This document shows positions 52,117 to 64,000 of a stretch of DNA of 64,000 bases, piece after piece (position 1 is the stretch's first letter; each line of letters opens with the position of its first letter). A program made the translations under genes and the position numbers. The DNA is from Octopus sinensis (taxonomy: Eukaryota), in assembly GCF_006345805.1 (NCBI RefSeq), contig NC_043006.1:98394001-98458000 (forward strand). Direction: 5' to 3'. A model generated the notes under the pieces. The model saw only the letters and a program-made list of their open reading frames with translations. It searched no databases and was not told where the DNA came from.

Positions 52117-52469
52117 TTAGGTGGTCAAGTATGAAATTTGTAGAAAGGTAATATGGTAATCTTTGACAGCTTCTCAATTTGCGCCATTATTATATTTTGA
52201 CAACTTTTATTTTTTCTTAGAAATCTGGCACATCTTTTTCTTCATTCTAACTCATTTTGCTCTTTATAAAGTATTCCTAAATTGTTTTTTACTATCTTTG
52301 CTTAGAGATGGATATGTTGGAAATTCGTACAATTTTGAAATATGAGTTCTTTCTTGGAAATACAGCATCACAGACAGATCGGAATATCAATGGAGTATTT
52401 CATTTTAATGCTATTACACCACAGATAGTATCAAATTGGTTTACAAAATTTCTTCCTGGTAACTTTGAG
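52117..52469 (+). mobile_element. Mariner 5' fragment
   Basis: TA|TTAGGTGGTCAAGTATGAAAT TIR-like start; MDMLEIRTILKYEFFLGNTASQTDRNINGVF..VSNWFTKF is a mariner HTH. Confidence 0.8.
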
Positions 52470-53070
52470 TATGTGCTGTTTTCTACAAGGTTCTTGGCTT
52501 CATCAGGAAAAAGGGCCGTTTTGGGAACTTTTTTATGTATTTGCTGTCATTTTTCAGTTTCTGTTGGAAAGTGTTAAAAGACTTACGAAATTTTATTTTG
52601 TTTATAATCTTCAGTAGGTCGTTTCGAAGTCTTCTAAATCCTTGATTTTAGGAGGGAATTTCTTTGCTTTAATTCCATAAAATATGTTCTCTGTAGTAGC
52701 TTCTTCCATGTTGTAAAAGAAGGCTTTCCATCTCTTACGCTTAATAAGGTCCGTAATTTTCTCCAAAAGTTTCTTAGAGTATAGTTCCCTGGATGGTATA
52801 TGTCTATTTTTCATAGAATAATCGATATTGTAGGCGGGCAGTCCTCAACCGATTTAAGGCAATTTTTCAAAACAAGAGAAGGTAATTTACCAATAATAAT
52901 CACATGACAACAAAAGAACAAACGAGACCTCGATATTATGTAAAATAGAAGAATTTATCTATAAGTATAATATCTAATAATTCGTTGTCATAATAAAACT
53001 GAGAGTTTCTGATACCGGGGCTAAAGTCTGCTCCGGCATTTCATCAGTTATTAAGACAAAACGCTATGAA
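52470..53070 (-). mobile_element. PLE 5' fragment (pseudo-LTR with hammerhead plus ORF start)
   Basis: IDYSMKNRHIPSRELYSKKLLEKITDLIKRKRWKAFF...YGIKAKKFPPKIKDLEDFE is a typical PLE RT N-terminus. Confidence 0.8.
52986..53058 (-). ncRNA. Type I hammerhead ribozyme, partly degenerate
   Basis: TGTCTTAATAA-CTGATGA-A-ATGCCGG(14 nt)CCGGTAT-CA-GAAA-CT(CTC)AG-TT/TTATTATGACA. Stems I and III and the core are present; the base of stem II is mismatched. Confidence 0.6.
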
Positions 53071-53189
53071 AAAAGAAACCGTTGTATACGGGAAAATTAC
53101 ACCAATAAGCATGGTGAATGTTTACTCCGTTAATAGAATCCGCATATACACACATACACACTCATACATGTACACTGACACACACACAC

Positions 53190-53480
53190 ATACAACGGCA
53201 ATATTACCATTACTGAAATTACTAACACTCCTACCAAAAATGCAACTACTAATAGCCGCAGTAATAACATCACTAATACTACCTGCTCTACCACCGCTAA
53301 TACTAACACTACTACCAATGATACTACCGTTGCTGCTGCTGCTGCTATTACTACTACTACTATTACAAATAATACTACTAATACTACTAATACTACTAAT
53401 ACTACTAATATTGAAAATAATAGTAATAATTAAAACAGCGATGCATTAACGACAATGACGATAGTAATAATAATGATAAA
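53190..53480. repeat. Degenerate (ACT/AAT)n trinucleotide array
   Basis: Direct. Confidence 0.8.
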
Positions 53481-53832
53481 GGTGACGGTCATATAGATCT
53501 AGAAACGACAGCAATAAAAGCAGCAATAGCAAGATCCATTTACCTAATACCATCCTAGCTACTACTAGCAGCACTACCTCATCTTTCCCTCCAATCAACC
53601 ATCATAGAACTGATTACTGCAACTGAATATCCGTGACAGACTGACCGCTGGAAGCCTGATGCAGAAGATTCAACGTCGTATACTAATGCACCTCACAATA
53701 AGTCCGTTGCTACTACATTGCATCTACCAAAAATGTCAAACAAAGATACTATGTACACATAAACTCGAAATGTTTGACTTGCCTTAATGTTTATTGTCCT
53801 CTTTAACAATTATGTGTGTGTGCATGTATCTA

Positions 53833-53901
<69 letters not shown>

Positions 53902-53959
53902 ATATATACACATATATATATATGCATTTATATGTATTAACAATGTATATGAAACAAGG

Positions 53960-54212
53960 GAGAGAGACACGGATTAGACGAAACAGAGGCGGCTGAAGAA
54001 GGGGAATTTTCCTTGTGTTGTATGTCTTTTACTCTGTTTTTTCGTTGTTTAAAAAATGTCCGTTTCCTTGGTTTTCGTTTTATGTTTTCGCTTTTCATTG
54101 TGTTCGACGTTTGTTTGGTGTTCTGTACCCATGTATGCATGTATATATACATATAGATGTAGGTAGGTACATATATGTATATATATATGCATATGTTTTA
54201 TTTATTATCTTG

Positions 54213-54252
<40 letters not shown>

Positions 54253-54260
54253 TATGTTTA
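53960..54260 (+). repeat. Dispersed repeat related to the 3' end of 28751-29700
   Basis: Shared CTGA(T/A)GA-GGGG start, T-rich body and ATGCATGTATATATACAT.TAGATGTAGGTA.GTACATATATGT end. Confidence 0.6.
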
Positions 54261-54493
54261 CATATACACATACATAAATACATACATACATACATATATG
54301 CATATATAAAAGTATATGAGCGTGTATGTATCAGAGGGAAATTTCAGACATTTTGTGCCTCGTAAAAGAAACTACGTATGTTTGGGTTTGATTGCTATTC
54401 GATAAAACCACTTTATATTTTACTTAACGTTGTGGAATCCCTTCAAATGTTATGCACCCAGAAGTATAAGAGAATTTAAGGAAGTAATCGGTA

Positions 54494-54728
54494 TAGTGGT
54501 CTGATCAATAAGTATCCGGGCTCTTACCTTAGTACGAAGCTAAAGCACACAGAGTGAAGCTACTTGGCACAGATCGACCTTGTTCTCTGCTGTGCTTGTG
54601 CACTAAGTTTTAACGTTCTGTCTTACGTTCACTGTTTGCAGCAGTCCTTGGAAGGAACGTATTATAGTCTCATTGACCTTGACAGAAATGGTTGAGCAGC
54701 CTCAAATTTTGGCAAAAGCTTGTTGATA
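54494..54728 (+). mobile_element. Mariner 5' end (TIR, 5' region, first codons)
   Basis: GGTCTGATCAATAAGTATCCGG TIR; homologous to the reverse complement of 55440-55673. Confidence 0.75.
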
Positions 54729-55120
54729 CTGTGTGGTAAGTAGCTTGTTTACCAACCACATGGTTCTGGGTTCAGTCCTTGGGCAAGTGTCTTCTACTAT
54801 AGTCTCGGGCCGACCAATGCCTTGTGAGTGTATTTGGTAGACGGAAACCGAAAGAAGCCCGTCGTATATATGTATATATATATATATATGCGCGTGTGTG
54901 TTTGTGTGTCTGTATTTGTCCCCCTAGCATTGCTTGACAACCGATGCTGGTGTGTTTAGGTCCCCGTTACTTAGCGGTTCGGAAAAAGAGACCGATAAAA
55001 TAAGTACTGGGATTACAAAAGAATAAGTCCCGGGGTCGAGTTGCTCGATTAAAAGCGGTGCTCCAGCATGGCCGCAGTCAAATGACTGAAACAAGTAAAA
55101 GAGTAAAAAGAGTGAAAAAA
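54729..55120 (+). mobile_element. SINE family A, slightly 5'-truncated
   Basis: High identity to other family A copies. Confidence 0.9.
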
Positions 55121-55673
55121 GAGAGAGACCTACGCAGAGTTTTCAAACTTTGGCACAAACTTAGCAGACACTCGTCTCAAACCCCAGTCTTCAGTCATAA
55201 TGAACTGGACCGTAACTAATGTGCAGATCCCGTGAAAACTCACGGATGGCGATCCGACAATTTCTCCTCAACGCTGCACCCACATCTGCAATGTTTTTCT
55301 CAGTTCTGCTGCTTGAGGCTCTCCCAGAACCTTTGTCAATATCGACGTCGTTTCGGCCAACTTGAAAACATCTGAACCACTCGTGCACTTGTGTGTGGCT
55401 CATACACTCCTCTTCATATGCTTTCTGTAATTTGCACAGACATCTGAGCAGGTGTCACAACGACATCTTTCCCTGTCATGGTCAATGCGACGATCACATG
55501 CTACACATCTTCCTTCCAAGCACTATTGTAACCAGCGCGACTGGGCTAGAACGTTAATATTTAGTGTGCATGGACAGCTTAGTTTATGGTCTACCTTTCT
55601 CTAGCGGATTTATTTCGCGTCCTTTAGCTTCATTACTATGGTAACAGTCCGGATGCTTATTGCTCAGACATCG
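55121..55673 (-). mobile_element. Mariner 5' half (same family as 54494-54728, opposite orientation)
   Basis: TA|CGATGTCTGAGCAATAAGCATCCGGAC TIR; transposase remnant MSHTQVHEWFRCFQVGR..SGRASSS..LRRVSAKFVPK. Confidence 0.85.
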
Positions 55674-55852
55674 TATATTCTTATACTCCATGGAATATTA
55701 ATCTGAAATGATTGAGCTTATGTATTTTAAGTGAGTATATTTATTTTAATCATCGGAAAATGCAATTTACACCTGAATTTATTTCAAGTAAAATATTGAA
55801 AAATTTTAGCTATAGACCATAGCATTGATGTGCATTTGATGAGGGTTACAAA

Positions 55853-56143
55853 TAGCACTCTGATCAACGGAACAGCCGGCTCGTGAAAATAACATGCAAG
55901 TTGCAGAGTACTCCATACACATGCATACTCTTAACGAACCTCTCAGAGAGATTCAGTGTGACACAGATTGTGATAAGGCCGACTCTTTGAATCACAGGTA
56001 CATTTCCTTTTTGCTAGCTGAGTGAGCTGGAGAAACGTTAAATAAAGTCTTTTACTGAAGGACACGACGGGCCACCGGGAATCGAACTCACTACCTTACG
56101 ATCGGGAGCTGAATACACTAGCCACTAAGCCACGTGCCTTCAC
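55853..56143 (-). mobile_element. tRNA-head SINE family D
   Basis: GTGAAGGCACGTGGCTTAGTGGCTAG (A box)...GAGTTCGATTCCCGG (B box), followed by a CORE-like GTGTCCTT segment. Confidence 0.75.
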
Positions 56144-56167
56144 TTATAAATATATAATGCCAAAAAT

Positions 56168-56400
56168 GTGAGGACGCACGGGCTAGTGGCTAGAAAGATG
56201 CACTCACGATCACGAGATCGTTGTTTCAATTCCTGGATAGGATGGTGCGCGGCGTTGTGATCATGAGCAAAACATGTCAACTGATATTGCTCTGCGATCA
56301 ATTTTACACCTGGTGTGTTGTACAATGTACACCTGTTTAGGCAACGTCAATTTGATGGAGTGAGTTTGATTATTTGATTATTATAAACAAATTTGTGCAG
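56168..56400 (+). mobile_element. tRNA-head SINE family E (old)
   Basis: GTGAGGACGCACGGGCTAGTGGCTAG...GTTTCAATTCCTGG head related to families C and D. Confidence 0.6.
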
Positions 56401-56789
56401 CGTGTCCTGAACGAAACTGTAGAACCGTCTTTCTCTCACTACAAGGGACAAATATCATCATCCGACAAGCAATACTTCCTGTATTTGATACTGAAAAATA
56501 TTACTAGGTCAAATTCAAGATCAAATGTATATTAATGCAAGATATATGGATTGCATTTCACTGGAAGTATATCATAGAAGTACACATGCTCCATACCATG
56601 TTATGGACACTAGATGAGAAAACAAATCTTACCTTGAATTGTGGGTGAATATTAGTAGTTTTGTGTGCTAAAGCATGTAACATTATAAGAGTCTACAGAA
56701 CGATGAAACTAAACTTCCTGAATCGATAAGAATTTCGTTGATAGAAATAAGTAGTGAGAAAACGGTTTTCTATTCAGCATTTCCAACTA

Positions 56790-57051
56790 CTAGTTACAAA
56801 GCATGTGGAAATAATAAAAACAAGAGCAACATAATTGTAAATGGTAACCGCATGTGAACCGTTGGCGATTTTCCCCCTCCGTCTTCATTTTCTATTGGAC
56901 TTTCCTCTGTCTCCAGTTTCTGAAGAAGAGCTATGCTCGAAACATAAAACCACCTTTCTTTCCCTCCTTCAGCGTCTGCTAATACTTTACATGTACCACG
57001 TCCTCGTGTCGTTGCTTTTTGTCTTTGTTCTTTGTCTTTTGAGAGATTTAC

Positions 57052-57052
<1 letters not shown>
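56790..57052 (+). mobile_element. Solo PLE pseudo-LTR-like repeat
   Basis: Short non-coding unit containing a minimal hammerhead motif. Confidence 0.5.
56916..56950 (+). ncRNA. Minimal type I hammerhead ribozyme, one core-adjacent mutation
   Basis: GTTT-CTGAAGA-A-GAGC(TAT)GCTC-GAAAC-ATA/AAAC. The expected GAAACGTA carries G>A at 56944, consistent with CpG decay. Confidence 0.65.
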
Positions 57053-57094
<42 letters not shown>

Positions 57095-57096
<2 letters not shown>

Positions 57097-57231
57097 CTTG
57101 TTTACCAACCACATGTTTCCGGGTTCAGTCCCACTGCGTGGCACCTTGGGCAAGTGTCTTCTACTATAGCCTCGGGCCGACCAAAGCCTTGTGAGTGGAT
57201 TTGGTAGACGGAAACTGAAAGAAGCCCGTCG

Positions 57232-57270
<39 letters not shown>

Positions 57271-57366
57271 TGTGTGTGTGTGTTTGTCTGTCTGTGTTTG
57301 TCCCCCTAGTATTGCTTGACAACCGATGCTGGTGTGTTTATGTCCCCGTCACTTAGCGGTTCGGCA
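57095..57366 (+). mobile_element. SINE family A, truncated at both ends
   Basis: High identity to other family A copies. Confidence 0.9.
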
Positions 57367-57703
57367 ACAATTCTAATCTGAAATTTTAATAATATATAAT
57401 ATTGAACAGTAACATTATTACAATCATATAATATATTAAGTAATATATATTATTATATTATTGTAATATTCTTACTGTTCAATCTCTATATAATACTAAA
57501 ATTTTAGATTAGTATTTTGTATGGTATATGTCTCGCAGCATGGGTTTGGACAGGTTCTTCATTGACTGAGTTGTGGAATGGGGGTTCGTCTCTAAATTAG
57601 TTATATACATATATTATATGTCATATTATATATTACGAAATTCGGTCTAATATTATTATACTGAATTTTACCTGTAAGGTTGGAATAATGTATTCCCTAA
57701 TAT

Positions 57704-57736
<33 letters not shown>

Positions 57737-57752
57737 CTGCATGTGTGTGTAT

Positions 57753-57792
<40 letters not shown>

Positions 57793-59157
57793 TGTGTGTG
57801 TGTGTGAAGTTAACGACGTAAGTTTAATTGTTATTGTTTCTAGTTTATTAAAGGTTATACACTATTTTTGATTGCAAACATTTCGTAAATAATTTCTTTT
57901 CTGATTTAAATTTCTATTTTTATTAAAGGTAAGTACGTAGTTGTCTGGAAAATGTACTACAATTATCAATGTGTTAAGATCTAAGAGAAAATTTGAGTTG
58001 ATAAAATTTTGATATTCTGATCAAATAATTACCAAATGCTCCGTGGCGATAAAAGTTTTGAAGAACAATTTCCTAAGTCTTGTACTGCGAGGCAACTTGA
58101 AATTTGCATCAAATTTGACTCAAATAGCAGGATTTGATATTCATCAATATTTTGCTTTTATTCTTAATATATTTAAAAGCAAAAAACTTAACTGTTCACA
58201 TATACATAAACACACAAAATTTGTGCAAATTATTTCAAATTTTGAAACAAAGAAGGTTATTTAGCGTCAACGTAAAAAGGTTTTGCGTTATATAAACGCC
58301 AAATTCGCCACAAAGAACCCTCTCCTATTTTATATTGAAATCCTGTAACAGTTGCCTGTACAGTCATAGATGAGATATGAAAATGCAATAACACGGATGA
58401 AGTTTTCTAAAAATGTCGATCACTTCAATGCGGTTGTATGGCAGAGAGTGACTACAAGCCATGAATATCAATGTTAGGAAATCTGCTTTTACAGAATCGA
58501 AGTGATCACATTTTGAAAGAGTAGTCAAACGTGATAAAAATTTTCATCAGTTGAGATGAAATCTCAAAGGATTTCTCAAACGACGACCTTAACTGCATAA
58601 AAACAACGGAAATGTCCACAAGACCAATGCAACAAAAAGAGCTGCGACAAAAACAACAACATCAAGAACAAGAACAACAATTTTTAGCTGAATTTTTGAG
58701 CACTTCCGACATTCGGAGCGAACATTTCCTGCATACAAAAATACCGCCAGGGATTTGGGAATAATCATTGAAATCATAATGGTTATTAAACAGATCATAT
58801 CAGGCAGATTTCCATTTTCTGGTGAGGATTCAGAAATAAAATGATTTTGAAATATTAGGACTTTGATTAATCCCCATATTTTTGCAATGAGCAATCTTCT
58901 ACTGATGTATCTGTTCGTTTCAGCATTGATAGTTAGAGAACGGTTTCGAAATCAGGCAACGGAAAAAGAGCATTTTTAATGTTTCAGAAACTTGAAAATT
59001 AATTTTTACAATGCAGTTTCCTATTACCTAAAGTGGTGAGAAAAACGCCTAGAATCTCATTATGATCAAGCAAAGTTTTTAATTTTAAAATTTGTTAAAC
59101 ACAATCAGCATAAATTTGCAATCTGATGACACGCACACACCAAGGCATACATGCATA

Positions 59158-59645
59158 AAAGGTGTCTCGAAATAAAGGCAACCGAGTTTCGAACTTTAAT
59201 AACTATTAATAAATGTGATAAGATATGAAAATTATACATCATTATAAAATCTGAGTCTGTCTTCTTTTTGTTTCAGACTAAATAAATTCATATTCATAAA
59301 TCAGATAATGACTATAGGCCGAATTACAATCATAACCAGCCACAAAGGAGGCGAAAGTAATACAGTTATAGAGAAAAAGCTTAAAATTAACCGGACAACA
59401 TTCTAGAAAATTATGAAGAAATTTCAAGAGACTGGTTCCACCACTGTCCACCTGAACTTGTCGAGAAAGAAGTGTGTGGACCGTAAGTTTATTAAAATTG
59501 CCAGAGGAAAAATACGGCGAGATCCCCGTCTTCTCGTCACAAAATTGGCTGCTTCAGCAGCAGTAAGCCGATGTATCGAGTGCTGGAGGATGATCTCAGG
59601 ACCCACCCCTACAAGATGATCGTTTGTCATGCGCTGAAACATGTT
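59158..59645 (+). mobile_element. Tc1/maT-like DNA transposon 5' fragment
   Basis: GGTGTCTCGAAATAAAGGCAACCG TIR-like start; peptides KIMKKFQETGST, GKIRRDPR and RVLEDDLRTHPYKM. Confidence 0.65.
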
Positions 59646-59939
59646 TGTTAAGTCATGAGACTAAAGAAATTCATCTTATCCGGCATTGAACATTCCCAAG
59701 AAGAACATAACCAAAAGTGGAAATATATTTGTGCGTAAACCGAAAATCATTTAGTAAATACGTACGTCGAAATACCACCATCTATGAGCGGAAATATTTC
59801 CTCTAGAAAGCGACTGGGAATATTGTTTATTTCTTCAATTTTATGCTAACATGTTTGCTGAATCTATACAATACTTTTGTTTAAATATATGATGTATAAA
59901 ATACTATAAATCGTGATATGTCAACGAGAGGACTGTCAC

Positions 59940-60143
59940 AGCAAGAACAGTTCCCGTTAATCTCACCGTCAATCTCATAACTTAGGATTGGAATCTTTGG
60001 AAAATATAAGATGAAGATGAAATTCTGAAATGAATGTGAAGTTACACTATCAGGCGTGCGCACACATGTACACGCACATACACACGCATACAAACAAACA
60101 CACACACTCATCTTCATACACACGCACAAACATACATACATAC

Positions 60144-60174
<31 letters not shown>

Positions 60175-60248
60175 CATACATACATACATGCATGCATACA
60201 TACATATATACATACATACATACATACATACATACATACATACATACA

Positions 60249-60278
<30 letters not shown>
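59940..60278. repeat. (CA)/(ATAC)n microsatellite (core 60050-60278)
   Basis: Direct. Confidence 0.85.
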
Positions 60279-60281
<3 letters not shown>

Positions 60282-60589
60282 CAACGTAATCGTAACCGAC
60301 CAGACAATCAGATGCTGCTACACATCGCTGGTCACAATGTGCTTCGCATTGCTTTAGCCTTCACATGACGCCACCCCTCTGGCTAAGCGATCAGGCCAAC
60401 AGAAGAAAGAGTGAGAGAAAGTTGTGGCGAAAGAGTACAGCAAGGATCGCCACCACCCCCTGCCGGAGCCTCGTGAAGCTTTAGGTGTTTTCGCTCAATA
60501 AACACTCACAACGCCCGGTCTAGGAATCGAAACTGCGAACCTACAACCGCGAGTCCACTACCCTAACCACTGAGCTATTGCGCCTCCAC
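60279..60589 (-). mobile_element. SINE family C
   Basis: Reverse complement of 48372-48673. Confidence 0.85.
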
Positions 60590-60618
60590 GTACATATATC
60601 TATCTATCTATCTATCTA

Positions 60619-60703
<85 letters not shown>

Positions 60704-61589
60704 TTACATGTTTGTAAATACATACACACACACACATACATACATATATATACATATATATAAATATATATATATATACATTTACATGTATGCGTGTGAT
60801 TTTTATGCCTGTGTTTGTCTCCACTAACGCTTGGCAACCGGTGATGGTGAGTTTACGTTTCCATCCCTGAAAACTGTCAATTAAATAAAAGACACCGTCT
60901 ATTCTTGGCCACAGTGTAATGACTGAAACAAAGAAAAGAAATAAGATCATATGCATGTATGTGTACGTGTGTATGTACATGTGTATGCATGTGTGTGTGT
61001 GTGCGTGTGTGATGTATTTGTGTCTGTGTCTACGTTTTCCAGATAATTACAATTCTATAAGTTATGCTATTCTCTGAGCAGTAATTTTGATTGAAACAGT
61101 TGGACACTAGAACAAAATTTATTGAATAGTTTTATCATAATTAAGAGGATTTCACTGCTATTAAACGTAAATGGCTTATAAATTAATATAATTTCATAAA
61201 TGAATTGATATTTATAAGTCAATCTTTGATTTTAATGATCTATGACTCTTTATCATACAAATATTCTTGTAGCTTTATATACACCTACTGGTTTCACACA
61301 AACTGGGCTGCCTTGTATAGGTGATTGTTTGCTAAATATTAATATTAAGTGCATAGAAGGCACGAACGTTTAAAGTTCTAACAGACAATCAACACAGACC
61401 AGTATGGTTTCTATAGAATCTCCACCATATCTTTGGCATAGTTTTGAAGGATGTTCTGGTTATCGATTAGTTACCCGATCGATAAAATAGTCGTGTGTTA
61501 TTTTGCATAAGAAAGGCGATTTGATATTGCGCCTAACTTTCAAATTGTTCGGTCTTCCTCAGCGACTCTTCGTTGTTTTATTTCAATTA

Positions 61590-61997
61590 GGCGCAGGCAT
61601 GGTCGTGTGGTAAGAAACTTGCTTCCAAATCACATGTTTCCAGGTTCAATTCCTCTCCGTGGATACTTGGGCAAGTGTCTCCCACGGTAGCTTCGGGCTG
61701 GGCAAAGCTTTGTTAGTGGATTTGGTAGACGGAAACTGAAACTCGTCGTAGATATATGTGCGTGCGTGTGATCCTGTCTGTATTTGCACCCCCACCATCA
61801 CCACCAATTGACAACCGGTGTTGGTGTGTTGACGTCTCCGTACCATAGCGCTTCTGCAAAAGAAACCGACATAATAAATTCTAGGATTAAGAAAATATAA
61901 GTACTGGGTGTCAGTTTATTCGACTAAAAATTATTTATGGTGGTGCTGCAGTATGGCCACAGTGTAATGTCTGAAACAAGCAAAAGGTAAGGAATAA
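61590..61997 (+). mobile_element. Older SINE family A subfamily copy
   Basis: GGCGCAGGCATGGTCGTGTGGTAAG head, CTTGGGCAAGTGTCT core and ATGGCCACAGTGTAATG.CTGAAAC tail. Confidence 0.8.
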
Positions 61998-62379
61998 ATG
62001 ATTGGGGACGTCTGGTAATTGAAGCGAAGTTTCTTTTTGCTTCGATTCTACTTTAATTGCTGCAATTGGCAGTAGTTTAATTACTTTAATTACTGTTACT
62101 TTAATTACACTACCTTAGTTACTGCTATTCGTAGTAGTTTAAACGCGTGTCAGTAAAATAATGCTAGAGTTGCATTGTTGAAGAGAAAGTTTCGCTTTCT
62201 GGAGGTGATCTACGAAGCTACGTTAGTGTCAAATTATTGACTTTGTTATATATGATGCGGACACTGACTCACTGTCAAGTGGAACAGCGTCATTTACATT
62301 TGCGGAGAGAGAAATCTGGAAGAAAATAGCAACGCATTCGGATGTCATAGCCATTTTCTGATTGAATGTTTTTGAGATG

Positions 62380-62900
62380 AATCTCGCGTAGCGTGATGAA
62401 TGTTTGTAGATTTGACTGCCCGGAAATCCTGCTCTCAAGCGAATGAATCTTCCATATTTGTGCATTTATAGAGGGGCTGATTCCTGAGCATTTAACATGA
62501 CTGTCGCCGCTAAAGCAGCTGCTTCTTTCAGCCGTTTCAAGCAATTGTCATCGGTGATGTTTAATGACATTATAAGGAGCACTTCGTGTACTGAGATGGA
62601 GGTAGTGGTCGAAACACACAAAGAAAGCTTTTCTATGGTGGGTGTGAGTAGATTGCTGTAGGCATGTTACTGGGCAAGATTCTTGATTATGAAGTTTGTA
62701 GCAATAGATGACTGGGGACAATAATGCTGATGGATAATTTTGTTCTTTTGCTATGAGAATTGTTACAGAAAACGAGAAATGAAACGATTGTGTTTAGCTG
62801 GAAGTGACATGATGAGCAGCCATATGGCCATGGCCATCCGAACTAAAAGATACTGCTTTCGTTGTTGCTGCTCCTAAACTCTAGTAAGGAAATGTATTAT
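62380..62900 (-). mobile_element. Decayed PLE-like ORF N-terminal fragment
   Basis: IATNFIIKNLAQ..SNLLTPTIEKLS...QIWKIHSLESRISGQSNLQTF; related to the 32350-32470 peptide; partly duplicated at 63121-63255. Confidence 0.4.
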
Positions 62901-63289
62901 GAAATGGAGACTCTCGAAGTATTTTATTATATATAACAAGATGGGACTCTTTTCAATTCTGATTTAGTTCCATTTAAAATTGTCTTGCTTATCTGTTTTT
63001 GAAAAAATTGCTATTCTGCGAAATTTAAACTCAGATCGTAAGGCCGTACGAAGTGTTTCTAAGCAATTTTCCGGCGCGGTGGCGGTATGTGTGTATTACC
63101 TCGGCTCCACTGCTTAACTGGTACTGAGATGGAGGTAGTGGTCGACACATACAAAGAAAGCTTCTCTATGGTGGATGTCAGTAGATTGTTGATCAGGGTT
63201 ATGTTGTAGGCATGTTACTGGGCAAGATTCCTGATTATGGAGTTTGTAGCAATAATATCGATAGTCGCAGCCGTAAAAATACCTACCCT

Positions 63290-63470
63290 AAAAATATAAA
63301 AGATAAAGTTGACCCTAGTGTTCAACTGCTACATATTTTACAGCCAAAAATAATGTAAGAGACAACGTCGATTGTGGCGGTATTCGAACTCAGAACATAC
63401 AGACGGACGAAATTCCGCCTTGCATTTTTGTGTGGCGTGAAAATGATTCTGCGAACTCGCCCACTTCTTA
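63290..63470 (-). mobile_element. Old SINE family B remnant
   Basis: GTCGATTGTGGCGGTATTCGAACTCAGAAC..GACGAAAT is similar to the family B reverse complement. Confidence 0.55.
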
Positions 63471-64000
63471 AGAGCAACAACAGCAACAATCACAGAAACA
63501 TAATTCTTCCGTGTTTAGAATGATTTTCGTGAGTTGTTTAAATTCATGTTTAGATTCATGTGTCAAATTGGCGAATGAAATTGGGCGATGTTGAAATTAG
63601 TTTCGCTTCTGTGATTCGTGGCAAAATGATATCAAAAAGAATAACAATGACGTTTGTAACTCAACAACAGATAGGGGACACTTCCCAGTCATTTCCAAGC
63701 AGAAACTCAAAACATTGCTACAGGGCAATGCTTATGGTATTTTCTCCACATGGTGCAAATGGTGTAGCACACGTGGCAGCTGTGCATCATTAACCAGCTA
63801 GAGGAGATGTCCTCTTTGGTTTACAAAATCGCGGCAAAGTCCGCTCACACAGACAATCATGTTGAAATGGCTTCGAACACTACTTGTTAGTATAACTATT
63901 GCGTTGATCTCTTAGAGAGTTTCTAGAACCAGCAATTTTACATGATGTAAAATTAGCGACTGTATCAAAATCAACATGAAATTATATATATTGCGATCAC

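Overview
AT-rich, microsatellite-dense metazoan DNA. The SINE families look like those of Octopus (recognised from memory, not by database search). No host protein-coding exon could be confidently called, so the window reads as intron or intergenic DNA built from nested transposon debris. It holds about 20 copies of five tRNA-head SINE families, two decayed R4/Dong-like and one Hero-like RLE LINE, a young 5'-truncated RTE LINE, Tx1/L1-related pieces and several Penelope-like (PLE) fragments. It also holds mariner/Tc1 remnants, a Helentron-type non-autonomous element and a 5S rRNA pseudogene. Most listed ORFs are microsatellite artefacts. The most interesting items are: (1) an apparently intact type I hammerhead ribozyme at 2075-2122, plus three decayed ones, two of them upstream of PLE ORFs; (2) a 2.2-kb ORF1-only (RT-less) Tx1/L1-like retroelement inserted with a 15-bp TSD into a SINE head; (3) a SINE family whose 3' tail is homologous to the 3' end of the RTE LINE in the same window; (4) a ~1.1-kb fold-back inverted duplication next to a PLE fragment; (5) a composite of two inverted mariner 5' ends around a SINE. 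All assignments come from reading and translating by eye; boundaries of decayed elements are approximate.
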